The notes below the pieces were generated by a model, which saw only the letters and a list, made by a program, of their open reading frames with translations, was not told where the DNA came from and did no database searches. The position numbers and the translations under genes are program-made. From IMG/VR virus record IMGVR_UViG_2623620502_000007: a DNA stretch of 35,017 nt. One strand, written 5' to 3'. The DNA is from a virus (lineage: Duplodnaviria > Heunggongvirae > Uroviricota > Caudoviricetes). Shown here one piece after another: positions 19,014 through 28,449 of this stretch. The stretch's first letter is position 1. Every line of letters starts with the position of its first letter.

Positions 19014-19112
19014 GACTACCTCTGAAAAGTCGGGCGGTGGACGCCGGTACAGCGTCAGGTGATTCACCCTCACTGACCGGCGTGCCGCCCTGGCGCGGGG
19101 CGCATTCGGTTG

Positions 19113-19856
19113 TTAACTGGCTTTCTTTTTCGGGCGTCCACGTTTTGCCGGTGTCACGCTCCGGGTCTTACGCGGGGTACGGGTGGCCGCTTTGGGCTGC
19201 GGCTCCGGCTTCGGTTTCAGCTCCCGCTCCAGTCGTTCAATCTCTTTTTTGACGCCTGCCTGACAGTCGAGCTGTGTCGCACGTTGCAGGTGAGCCAGCG
19301 CACCGGCGGCATCACCACCGTCACGCAGAAACAGACCGGTGATTTTGTGCAGCTTTGCGCGCACTTCATCAGGCATGTCTGCCGTGGCAGTCAGTTCAAG
19401 TGTGTCCGTCAGCAGGCGGGGATCCACAGACTCACCGGCAGCGTGAGCGCGCATGGCCGCGAGCGCCACCTCCTCGGTGAACATGTACGGCGGGGTGCGG
19501 CGGTGTTTACCCGGCATGGTCAGACCGTACTTCAGGGCATAACGGGCAATCTCCAGCGCACCGGCAATATCGCCGGTATCCAGACGCCACAGCATGACCG
19601 TCATCAGAATGTCATCCTGTGCACCTTTGCCCTGCTCCAGCACGCCGTTCACCCACGGCAACCAGAACGGCAGCAGTTCGCGTTTTTTCGCGGCCTTCAG
19701 CTCTTTTGAATAAATCGCTTTCAGTGTGCGCTGGTCTGCGGCCAGCTTGACCAGCATCTGCTCATAGACAGTTGCATGTCGCAGCGGGGCGGCTTCCCGC
19801 TGCGCGGTCATCGCTGCCGAAACCCGCATCATGTGGCGCTGTGCGGGACTCGTCAT
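19113..19856 (-). CDS. M: Terminase small (endonuclease) subunit gpM (247 aa)
   Basis: Length equals P2 M; basic Lys/Arg-rich C-terminus; follows N. Confidence 0.85.
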   Translation of the reverse strand: MTSPAQRHMMRVSAAMTAQREAAPLRHATVYEQMLVKLAADQRTLKAIYSKELKAAKKRELLPFWLPWVNGVLEQGKGAQDDILMTVMLWRLDTGDIAGALEIARYALKYGLTMPGKHRRTPPYMFTEEVALAAMRAHAAGESVDPRLLTDTLELTATADMPDEVRAKLHKITGLFLRDGGDAAGALAHLQRATQLDCQAGVKKEIERLERELKPKPEPQPKAATRTPRKTRSVTPAKRGRPKKKAS

Positions 19857-19859
19857 CGG

Positions 19860-20933
19860 TTACGCTCCCGGCTCTGCGGTCGCTTTAGCCGGTGTGGAGA
19901 AATCACCGACCTTAATTTTTTCCACCAGACAACCGGCGGCGTAGTCCTCCACCACGTAATCAATGTTCATTGACTCGTAGTTCTCCACGCGGTCGAGTTT
20001 CGGGTTTTCCTCAATCACGCGGCGATGGCTGTCATCCATGTAGTAGATGGACAGGTTTTCCAGCTTCGTGATGAGCATCGCATCCGCCGGGAAGTACGGG
20101 ACGCGTACCGCTGGCAGGTTGCCGATGCGTTTCTGGCTGATGATGACGTCAGCGGCCAGCATTTCGCTGTTGTCCTGCTCCTTGTTGACGATGGGAAAAT
20201 ACTTGTCCGCCAGTAGCTGACGTCCCACAATCACCACAAGGTCAGGGTCTTCCTGATACCACGGCTCAATCAGGTTGTTGGTCGCATCCATCACCAGTGC
20301 ATCGAGGCTGGCATAATCACCGCCCTTACCCACGCGGATGACCTCAGAGGTGGTGTGCCCTTCCTCGTCAGTGACCTTGCTCATCACGCGCGCCGGTGCT
20401 TCATTGCGGTATTTCTGCAGCCAGCCGACCGCCACATCCTGCAGCATCGGATTGCTGCTGCGGTCAGAGGTTTCGGCACGCTTCACGCCGTTAAAACCGG
20501 CCATGATGAAATCAAGGGACTGGCGTTTGATAATGGCGTTACGGACACGGAGCTGGAAATCCTGATAACGCGCCCACAGGTCCAGCGTTTTGTAGCGGAT
20601 ATAAAAATCGAAATTAATCTGGTCGCATTCGTACTTGTTGGACGCCAGCTTCGAGAAGTCCTTCGGCTGACGCTCGGTGCCACCGGCGGTGTCGGTGGTG
20701 CTGGCGATGGAGCCGGTGACACCGATGCCAATTTTTTCCCCTTTCATTTCGCTGACCGGCACAATGTTGATGCGGGTCAGAAAGTCAGAGGACTCCTGCA
20801 TGGTGTTCATCAGGGTCTGGGTGACCGACGGTTCAACGGTGAATTTTTTCGACACATCACCGGCGTCGATGCCGTTCAGTTCGGCAACACGGGACAGGTA
20901 AGCATTAAATTTAAAGCGGGTTTCCTGGCGCAT
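19860..20933 (-). CDS. N: Major capsid protein gpN (357 aa)
   Basis: Length equals P2 N; synteny O-N-M. Confidence 0.9.
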   Translation of the reverse strand: MRQETRFKFNAYLSRVAELNGIDAGDVSKKFTVEPSVTQTLMNTMQESSDFLTRINIVPVSEMKGEKIGIGVTGSIASTTDTAGGTERQPKDFSKLASNKYECDQINFDFYIRYKTLDLWARYQDFQLRVRNAIIKRQSLDFIMAGFNGVKRAETSDRSSNPMLQDVAVGWLQKYRNEAPARVMSKVTDEEGHTTSEVIRVGKGGDYASLDALVMDATNNLIEPWYQEDPDLVVIVGRQLLADKYFPIVNKEQDNSEMLAADVIISQKRIGNLPAVRVPYFPADAMLITKLENLSIYYMDDSHRRVIEENPKLDRVENYESMNIDYVVEDYAAGCLVEKIKVGDFSTPAKATAEPGA

Positions 20934-20991
20934 AGTTATTCCTGAAATTAAGGGTTAATCGTGAAGGTTTTCCCGGACTGACTGACGCCGG

Positions 20992-21846
20992 TCAGCAGTT
21001 CGTCATCAGGGCGTCACCGCCACCACCGGTGGCCTTGCTGCGGCGCTGCTGGGTCAGACTTTCGGTGTGGTCGAGACTGTTTTTCAGGCGGGTGAATGCC
21101 TGGCTGGTTTCATCCGCCCTGTCAGTCACCTCCTGCTTAAGTGCGGAAAAGGCGGTTTCCATCTCAGCGAGGCGCTGCTCAGTGGCGCTCAGTTTTTCCT
21201 GCACATGTTCAGCAACAGCGGTCACCGCTTCATGCACGTCATTCAGACGGGCGTCATCGCTGGCCTGTTTGCGGCCAAAAATGGATTTCACCTTTTCGGT
21301 CAGGGCGGTGAACACGGTTTCAGGCAGGTCTTCAAATTCCAGCTCAACAGGCGTTGCCACTGAAATCAGGTTTTCAGGGCTTAATTTGAAGCGGTTCAGA
21401 GGGTTGTGTTTTGCCGTGCGGCAGAATTCCAGGTATTCCGTGCCGAGGCTTGCCGGGTCATCGGTGACGGCCAGACCCACCAGATAACATTTGCCGGTAT
21501 TGGCAAAGTTCGGCTGAATTTCCATTGAGGTATAGACCTTCTGCGCGGCCTTGTTCATCGCGATAAGGTCATCGGTCGGGGTGATTTTCGCAAACAGCGC
21601 CCATTTGCCTTTCAGCGCCGAATCATCGTCAATCTTTTCGGCCTTCAGTTCGACCACATCGCCATAACGCTTAAAAATACCGTCAGGCAGGATGCCGCGC
21701 AGATGTTCCAGGTTAATGCGGCAACCATAGACACGCGGGTCAAAGGTTTCGGCCATTTCCTGAATATCCTGCGCACTGATGACACGCCCGTCACAGGTGT
21801 CACCCTCAACGCCGATACGAAAGAATTTTGAGACTTTTTTTGCCAT
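20992..21846 (-). CDS. O: Capsid scaffold protein gpO (284 aa)
   Basis: Start taken at MAKKVSKFFRIGVEGD to give 284 aa as in P2 O; the six-frame ORF extends 22 codons upstream. Confidence 0.85.
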   Translation of the reverse strand: MAKKVSKFFRIGVEGDTCDGRVISAQDIQEMAETFDPRVYGCRINLEHLRGILPDGIFKRYGDVVELKAEKIDDDSALKGKWALFAKITPTDDLIAMNKAAQKVYTSMEIQPNFANTGKCYLVGLAVTDDPASLGTEYLEFCRTAKHNPLNRFKLSPENLISVATPVELEFEDLPETVFTALTEKVKSIFGRKQASDDARLNDVHEAVTAVAEHVQEKLSATEQRLAEMETAFSALKQEVTDRADETSQAFTRLKNSLDHTESLTQQRRSKATGGGGDALMTNC

Positions 21847-22019
21847 TGTCAGGAGTCCTGAATAGTGATTAGAGGAGTCACATGTCGGCATCAGTTTCCC
21901 GACGATGCGCATCCTCCGCCATCAGTCCCGGATGGCTTATCACTGACACAACAGCACCTTAGCGAATCGCGGGGCGCGACTCAGTAGCCTTGCCGTGTAT
22001 TCATCACGGCGAGGTATTC
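21847..22019. promoter_or_regulatory. Divergent late-promoter region between O (minus) and P (plus)
   Basis: Non-coding gap between divergently transcribed late operons, where P2 carries Ogr-dependent late promoters; I could not find an exact TGT-N12-ACA activator motif by eye, so this is positional only. Confidence 0.4.
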
Positions 22020-23792
22020 ATGACCATCACCACAGACACCACTCTTTTACACGACCCGCGTCGTCAGGCGGCGCTGCTGTACTGGCAGGGGTTTTCCGTG
22101 CCGCAGATTGCCGCCATGTTGCAGATGAAACGCCCGACGGTGCAGAGCTGGAAACAGCGCGACGGCTGGGACAGCGTTGCCCCCATCAGCCGTGTCGAAA
22201 TGAGTCTGGAAGCGCGACTGACCCAGCTCATCATCAAACCGCAGAAAACCGGCGGTGACTTCAAGGAAATTGACCTGCTGGGACGCCAGATTGAACGACT
22301 GGCACGGGTAAACCGCTACAGTCAGACCGGCAACGAGGCAGACCTTAATCCGAACGTCGCTAACCGCAACAAAGGCGGGCGTCGCAAACCGAAAAAGAAT
22401 TTTTTCAGTGACGAGGCCATCGAAAAGCTGGAGCAGATTTTCTTTGAGCAGTCTTTCGAATATCAGTTGCACTGGTATCGCGCCGGGCTTGAGCACCGCA
22501 TCCGCGATATCCTGAAATCCCGCCAGATTGGCGCGACGTTTTATTTTTCCCGCGAGGCGCTGCTGCGCGCCCTGAAAACCGGTCATAACCAGATTTTTCT
22601 GTCGGCCAGTAAAACGCAGGCGTATGTGTTCCGCGAATACATCATCGCCTTTGCCCGTCTGGTTGACGTTGACCTGACCGGTGACCCGATTGTCCTGGGC
22701 AATAACGGCGCAAAACTGATTTTTCTCGGCACCAACTCCAACACCGCACAGAGCCATAACGGCGACCTGTACGTCGACGAGATTTTCTGGATCCCGAATT
22801 TTCAGGTACTGCGTAAGGTGGCATCAGGTATGGCCTCACAGAGTCACCTGCGTTCGACCTATTTCTCCACCCCGTCCACGCTGGCGCACGACGCCTACCC
22901 GTTCTGGTCAGGTGAACTGTTCAACCGGGGACGCGCCAGCGCCGCCGAACGCGTGGAAATCGACGTCAGTCATAACGCCCTTGCCGGTGGGCTTCTCTGT
23001 GCGGACGGCCAGTGGCGGCAGATTGTCACCATTGAGGACGCCCTGAAAGGTGGCTGCACGCTGTTCGACATTGAGCAGCTCAAACGTGAAAACAGCGCCG
23101 ACGATTTTAAAAACCTGTTCATGTGTGAATTTGTTGACGACAAGGCGTCGGTGTTCCCGTTCGAGGAGCTGCAACGCTGCATGGTCGACACGCTGGAAGA
23201 ATGGGAAGACTATGCGCCGTTTGCCGCGAATCCGTTCGGCTCCCGCCCGGTATGGATTGGTTACGACCCGTCACACCGTGGCGACAGCGCCGGATGCGTG
23301 GTGCTGGCACCGCCGGTGGTGGCCGGTGGCAAATTCAGAATACTTGAGCGTCACCAGTGGAAAGGCATGGACTTTGCCACTCAGGCGGAATCCATCCGCA
23401 AACTCACCGAAAAATACAACGTCGAATACATCGGTATTGATGCCACCGGCCTCGGTGTCGGCGTGTTCCAGCTCGTGCGCTCGTTCTATCCCGCCGCGCG
23501 CGATATCCGCTACACGCCGGAAATGAAAACCGCAATGGTGCTCAAGGCAAAAGACGTTATCCGCCGTGGCTGTCTGGAATATGACGTCAGCGCCACCGAC
23601 ATCACCAGCTCGTTTATGGCTATCCGCAAGACCATGACCAGCAGCGGACGCAGCGCCACCTATGAGGCCAGCCGCAGCGAGGAAGCCAGCCACGCCGACC
23701 TCGCCTGGGCAACCATGCACGCCCTGTTAAATGAGCCACTCACCGCCGGTATCAGCACTCCGCTGACATCCACCATTCTGGAGTTTTACTGA
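22020..23792 (+). CDS. P: Terminase large (ATPase) subunit gpP (590 aa)
   Basis: Start taken at MTITTDTTLLHDPRRQ to give 590 aa as in P2 P; the six-frame ORF begins 10 codons upstream. Confidence 0.88.
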   Translation: MTITTDTTLLHDPRRQAALLYWQGFSVPQIAAMLQMKRPTVQSWKQRDGWDSVAPISRVEMSLEARLTQLIIKPQKTGGDFKEIDLLGRQIERLARVNRYSQTGNEADLNPNVANRNKGGRRKPKKNFFSDEAIEKLEQIFFEQSFEYQLHWYRAGLEHRIRDILKSRQIGATFYFSREALLRALKTGHNQIFLSASKTQAYVFREYIIAFARLVDVDLTGDPIVLGNNGAKLIFLGTNSNTAQSHNGDLYVDEIFWIPNFQVLRKVASGMASQSHLRSTYFSTPSTLAHDAYPFWSGELFNRGRASAAERVEIDVSHNALAGGLLCADGQWRQIVTIEDALKGGCTLFDIEQLKRENSADDFKNLFMCEFVDDKASVFPFEELQRCMVDTLEEWEDYAPFAANPFGSRPVWIGYDPSHRGDSAGCVVLAPPVVAGGKFRILERHQWKGMDFATQAESIRKLTEKYNVEYIGIDATGLGVGVFQLVRSFYPAARDIRYTPEMKTAMVLKAKDVIRRGCLEYDVSATDITSSFMAIRKTMTSSGRSATYEASRSEEASHADLAWATMHALLNEPLTAGISTPLTSTILEFY

Positions 23793-24826
23793 TGAGCAAG
23801 AAAAAAGGGAAAACACCGCAACCTGAGGCAAAAAAAATGACCGCCAGCGCCCCGAAAATGGAGGCTTTCACCTTTGGTGAGCCGGTGCCGGTACTCGACC
23901 GCCGTGACATTCTGGATTACGTCGAGTGCATCAGTAACGGCAGATGGTATGAGCCGCCGATCAGCTTTACCGGTCTGGCGAAAAGCCTGCGTGCTGCCGT
24001 GCATCACAGCTCACCGATTTACGTTAAACGCAATATTCTGGCCTCGACATTTATCCCGCATCCGTGGCTTTCGCAACAGGATTTCAGCCGCTTTGTGCTG
24101 GATTTTCTGGTGTTCGGTAATGCGTTTCTGGAAAAGCGTTACAGCACCACCGGTAAGGTCATCAGACTGGAAACCTCACCGGCAAAATATACCCGCCGTG
24201 GCGTGGAGGAGGATGTTTACTGGTGGGTGCCGTCCTTCAACGAGCCGACAGCCTTCACGCCCGGCTCCGTGTTTCACCTGCTGGAGCCGGATATCAATCA
24301 GGAGCTGTACGGCCTGCCGGAATATCTCAGCGCCCTTAATTCTGCCTGGCTGAATGAATCAGCCACACTGTTCCGCCGCAAGTATTACGAAAACGGCGCT
24401 CATGCCGGATACATCATGTACGTCACTGATGCCGTGCAGGATCGCAACGATATCGAAATGCTTCGCGAAAACATGGTGAAGTCGAAAGGCCGCAACAACT
24501 TTAAAAATCTGTTTCTCTATGCCCCACAGGGGAAAGCCGACGGCATCAAAATTATCCCGCTCAGTGAAGTGGCAACGAAGGACGATTTTTTTAATATCAA
24601 AAAAGCCAGCGCCGCTGACCTGCTGGACGCGCACCGCATCCCCTTTCAGTTGATGGGCGGCAAGCCGGAGAACGTCGGGTCGCTGGGTGATATTGAGAAA
24701 GTGGCAAAGGTCTTTGTCCGCAATGAGCTTATCCCGCTACAGGACAGGATCCGCGAGATAAACGGCTGGCTCGGTCAGGAGGTCATCCGCTTTAAAAACT
24801 ACTCACTGGACACTGACAACGGCTGA
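23792..24826 (+). CDS. Q: Portal protein gpQ (344 aa)
   Basis: Length equals P2 Q; start overlaps the P stop (ATGA); reads toward cos. Confidence 0.9.
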   Translation: MSKKKGKTPQPEAKKMTASAPKMEAFTFGEPVPVLDRRDILDYVECISNGRWYEPPISFTGLAKSLRAAVHHSSPIYVKRNILASTFIPHPWLSQQDFSRFVLDFLVFGNAFLEKRYSTTGKVIRLETSPAKYTRRGVEEDVYWWVPSFNEPTAFTPGSVFHLLEPDINQELYGLPEYLSALNSAWLNESATLFRRKYYENGAHAGYIMYVTDAVQDRNDIEMLRENMVKSKGRNNFKNLFLYAPQGKADGIKIIPLSEVATKDDFFNIKKASAADLLDAHRIPFQLMGGKPENVGSLGDIEKVAKVFVRNELIPLQDRIREINGWLGQEVIRFKNYSLDTDNG

Positions 24827-24993
24827 ACATCGCCGCCTGCGGGCGGCTTTTTTATACCCCGTCATCACGCCCTCACTCGCTCACCACCGCACAAAACACC
24901 CCGCAGACACACCAACCCCCAACGGGCAGACTAAGCGCCGTCACGACGCGCTGAGACGCTGGAAAATAAAATCAGCACCACCGCCAGCGCGCA

Positions 24994-25012
24994 GTGCTTT
25001 CCCCGCCTCGCC
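24994..25012. other. cos site (19-nt cohesive-end sequence)
   Basis: gtgctttccccgcctcgcc is the reverse complement of GGCGAGGCGGGGAAAGCAC, which I recall as the P2 cohesive end; it lies about 170 nt beyond Q, as expected. Confidence 0.75.
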
Positions 25013-25063
25013 CGCCCGCTTCGTGGGGCAGTTTTAATGCATATGAATGTAAATTTAGAAACC

Positions 25064-25091
25064 ATACCAAGCCTAGATATAGGCTTGGTAT
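25064..25091. terminator. Perfect 12-bp inverted repeat hairpin (ataccaagccta-gata-taggcttggtat); candidate bidirectional terminator
   Basis: Lies 50 nt downstream of the minus-strand kinase operon stop and just past cos; T-rich tract tttatt follows on the plus strand and the minus-strand flank is moderately U-rich. Confidence 0.45.
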
Positions 25092-25140
25092 TTATTCAGG
25101 AATTGTGAATGCAAAATAATGCAAGAATATGCATTATTTA

Positions 25141-26202
25141 CTACTTAGCCTTGATAACTGGATGAGCCCGGTCATGGCCCCCTCCCAAGAACTTTGAAAA
25201 AATCACCTTATCATTACTCACTGGTTTACTACCATACACACTATCGTAATGAAAAAATACTTGTGGTTGGTTTGGTATACGAATGAAACCATAAGCTAGT
25301 CTAGTATCACCTATTACTCCTTCTTCTCTATTACAAACCGGATAGCATAATTGACCACATAATGACACGAGCTCATCTGCAGTGGGGCGTTTAGAAGGGT
25401 CTAGATTTAAACATTTTTCAATTATATCTATAATTTCATTTGCCAGCGGAGCAAACTGCTTATTTGACTTAATAAAATCAGGATATTGAGTATGCTTTCC
25501 AGATAAGATGTTCGGAATAGCCATATACCCTAATCCAAAAGGATACTCTCCCGTGAGGATTCTGAACATCATCGCACCTAATGCCCAGACATCAGATGGT
25601 TTTGAAACTTGCCCCTGACTTTGTATAATTTCCGGGGCCATATATGGCAATGCCCCCATAGCTGTTTGAGATGAAGTAATCGATCCTTGCCCATTCTTTG
25701 CGGCCTCATCAATTTCATCACCGGCCATTTTTGAAATTCCAAAATCGGTGATTTTAACACCTGTAGCACTAACTCCTCCAATAACCATTATGTTAGAAGG
25801 TTTGAGGTCTCGATGTATTACATCCACATGATGGGAAGCCGAAAGAGCCTTCGCTAAGTTATGAAATATCTTTGCAGTCAAGTAAGGATCAACACTTGTA
25901 TAGCTACTCAACAATGCTTTATCCAGATCTACTCCATCGATAAATTCCTCCGTTAAAAATTCACGTCCATCTTCGGCAAAATAATCTAATGTTTTAGCGA
26001 CGTTAGGATGGTTGACCCTAGATGCTAAAATAGCACTTCTATGGAATCGTTTTTCAGCAGACTTATTTTTAGGGGTCTTAAGAGCAACTTGCCTATTTAA
26101 TATCTTATCATTCGCAAGGTAAACCTTTTGCATCCCCCCCTCACCAATTTCGCTGATAATAGTATAACGATTTATATTAGTCCCAGGAACCAACTCAATC
26201 AT
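25141..26202 (-). CDS. Hanks-type Ser/Thr protein kinase with C-terminal OB-fold-like extension (353 aa), third gene of the cargo operon
   Basis: Kinase motifs IGEGGMQKV (Gly-rich loop), VALK, HRDLKPSN, DFG, APE, DVWALG; start ATG overlaps the upstream kinase stop (ATGA) with GGAGG 7 nt upstream; AT-rich. Confidence 0.85.
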   Translation of the reverse strand: MIELVPGTNINRYTIISEIGEGGMQKVYLANDKILNRQVALKTPKNKSAEKRFHRSAILASRVNHPNVAKTLDYFAEDGREFLTEEFIDGVDLDKALLSSYTSVDPYLTAKIFHNLAKALSASHHVDVIHRDLKPSNIMVIGGVSATGVKITDFGISKMAGDEIDEAAKNGQGSITSSQTAMGALPYMAPEIIQSQGQVSKPSDVWALGAMMFRILTGEYPFGLGYMAIPNILSGKHTQYPDFIKSNKQFAPLANEIIDIIEKCLNLDPSKRPTADELVSLCGQLCYPVCNREEGVIGDTRLAYGFIRIPNQPQVFFHYDSVYGSKPVSNDKVIFSKFLGGGHDRAHPVIKAK

Positions 26203-27263
26203 AACACAACCTCCGGATGAGAAAGATCAAATGTGATAAATATACGTTTTGTAGTTGTTCTTCCGGCAGGGCCAAGTATTATCACGCATGAGCTAGGCAA
26301 TAAATTTCGTTTTTTAGCCCTAATATTATTAACATAGACATCCCCTGATATATCTGAAATATAAAACTCGGAACCAGAGTAAGTAATTTCCACACTACCC
26401 ACCCCTGGATTGTTATAAGACTCCGTCTTGTGTGTAGCTGAGAGCACTACTGGTTTTTTATTATCAGATATAAGCAATGCTCGATGAGAGTTGTGCAATA
26501 ATATTTTTTTCAAAACATCGCAAACATCTTTCATAGGGGGCCTAGCTTGAGGATTTGCATCAAGACATTTGAAAAACAATTCCTTTACAATACTTGGTAA
26601 TTTTATTACCGACAAATCAAATGGATTAGATGTCAGAATCTTAGGGTAACGGGTCAATTCATCTGGGACAGGGGTTTTAGCTAAGCACATTGCTGTAACA
26701 GCAAAGGCATATGTATCAATTGCTTTAGTAAAGTCTACGTTCTGCAAATACAACTCAGGAGCTGCAAAAATTGGGGTACCTTTAAACCCAATTGTTTTTG
26801 CATTATCTATTTTTCTTGACAAGCCAAAATCATATATTTTTACAAGCCCTTCTTTATCAATCTTCATATTCCCAGGCTTTATATCACGATGAATGATATC
26901 ATGTTCATGTATCTCGCAAATACCTGATGCTATTTGCCACAAAATCTTAATAAGCTCCCCTACTGTAGTAATTTTATTATTAACTTCATTCAACGATGGA
27001 CCATCGATAAACTCTTCAACAATTGCAAGATTGCCTTCAGCATAATTAATCACATCAAACAGTTCAACAACATGTTTTGAACGTAGTGTCATTAGAGCAG
27101 CCAACTCGTCTTTCATTCGCTCTGTATCTGATGGATCATTTATAGTCTTTATTGCAACAAATCTCTCAAGATGAGAATCGCGGCATTTGATTACACTACC
27201 AAATCCCCCTAAATCAGGATCCCCAACCACTTGATATCTTTCTGGGAGAAAATCACTCATCAT
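26199..27263 (-). CDS. Hanks-type Ser/Thr protein kinase with uncharacterised C-terminal domain (about 354 aa), second gene of the cargo operon
   Basis: Motifs LGGFGSV, VAIK, HRDIKPGN, DFG, APE; start taken at the ATG preceded by AAGGAG with 6-nt spacing (the six-frame ORF begins 2 codons upstream at 27269); overlaps the phosphatase stop. Confidence 0.85.
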   Translation of the reverse strand: MMSDFLPERYQVVGDPDLGGFGSVIKCRDSHLERFVAIKTINDPSDTERMKDELAALMTLRSKHVVELFDVINYAEGNLAIVEEFIDGPSLNEVNNKITTVGELIKILWQIASGICEIHEHDIIHRDIKPGNMKIDKEGLVKIYDFGLSRKIDNAKTIGFKGTPIFAAPELYLQNVDFTKAIDTYAFAVTAMCLAKTPVPDELTRYPKILTSNPFDLSVIKLPSIVKELFFKCLDANPQARPPMKDVCDVLKKILLHNSHRALLISDNKKPVVLSATHKTESYNNPGVGSVEITYSGSEFYISDISGDVYVNNIRAKKRNLLPSSCVIILGPAGRTTTKRIFITFDLSHPEVVL

Positions 27264-28449
27264 CACCATCTCCTTTTATTGAATTCCTTTCAAGGAATGA
27301 CATGTCAAGCTGTGAAATACAATCAAGTCTATTATTTTTATTTAACCCATTTTTTTTCTCATCTAATTCCTGAAGAGATTTATTCTTATTTTTTGTTCTT
27401 GCCTTTCTTTTTGTTGTTGCTTTGTTTATATCGCTAACGACTGAATCAGTATTTTTTTTGTTTGACACTTTTCTAACACCAGAAGTGCCTTTATTATTTT
27501 TTTCAAGCTCAACTGTATTTAAAGGCTCTAATGAAGATGACTTATTCGGCACGCTAATGACTTTTAATTCACCAAATGGATCCCAGAGATTTATTACATC
27601 TCCAGATGAAACATCTAACTCTTTTAGAGTATTAAAAAGGTCTATAACTGCTATACTTGCATTGTCGAAACCACCAAACCAACTAGCAAGATCAATAACC
27701 CGCCTAGAATAAACACCTAGATTCGCCGAGTGCACATATAACTTTCTTAAATTATCCTTACCGATAGAATGCGCACCATCAGAACTTAAAATAATTACGC
27801 CACTCTCCAAGGCTTGGATATGATGAAAGTGTATTTCCAATGTGCCATCTATGCCTATAAATTGTACTAATTCACCACCAAAGCGTAAATCAATATCCTG
27901 TGGATCCATATTTAGATGATTATTATACTTTTTGGCTAAGGCAACTAAAGTATCGTCCTCGCTCAACTGAGTAGTTTCTTCATGCGAGACATAATAAATA
28001 CGGCTATCACCTACATTTACTGCGGTAATATTATCATCATCTTCTAAAGCTATCGCTGATAATGTCGCCCCTCCATTACCCTTATATACATTCAAAACAG
28101 AATCATTCGCTTGTAGCACAGCTTTCTCAAGACAAGAACGTATTGGTAAATGAGAATTTCTTATTATTTCAGTAAAAAATGTAGATAAAGTTAAAGATGC
28201 TGCATTGGCACCCCCCTCCATCCCCCCCATACCATCGGCTAACGCAACAACAACGATATCTTTAGCTTTGCTACTTGGGCGGAATTTCAATATAGCAACC
28301 CTATCTTGGTTTTCCTTCCGTACCAACCCAATGTCAGTAGCTATAGCCACTGGTAAGGTTGAGACACGACGCACTGAGGATGCTATATTTTTTCGATGTA
28401 GCCATCCGTGAATATGCTCATGAAGGATTTCGTAAGAATCACGGCTCAC
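27253..28449 (-). CDS. PP2C (PPM) family Ser/Thr phosphatase with Lys/Asn-rich C-terminal tail (398 aa), first gene of the cargo operon
   Basis: PP2C signature motifs ENQDR, ALADGMGG, VGDSR, SSDGAH, DNAS; GTG start 4 nt after AGGAGG (an in-frame ATG one base upstream runs straight into TGA); AT-rich. Confidence 0.82.
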   Translation of the reverse strand: MSRDSYEILHEHIHGWLHRKNIASSVRRVSTLPVAIATDIGLVRKENQDRVAILKFRPSSKAKDIVVVALADGMGGMEGGANAASLTLSTFFTEIIRNSHLPIRSCLEKAVLQANDSVLNVYKGNGGATLSAIALEDDDNITAVNVGDSRIYYVSHEETTQLSEDDTLVALAKKYNNHLNMDPQDIDLRFGGELVQFIGIDGTLEIHFHHIQALESGVIILSSDGAHSIGKDNLRKLYVHSANLGVYSRRVIDLASWFGGFDNASIAVIDLFNTLKELDVSSGDVINLWDPFGELKVISVPNKSSSLEPLNTVELEKNNKGTSGVRKVSNKKNTDSVVSDINKATTKRKARTKNKNKSLQELDEKKNGLNKNNRLDCISQLDMSFLERNSIKGDGDDE

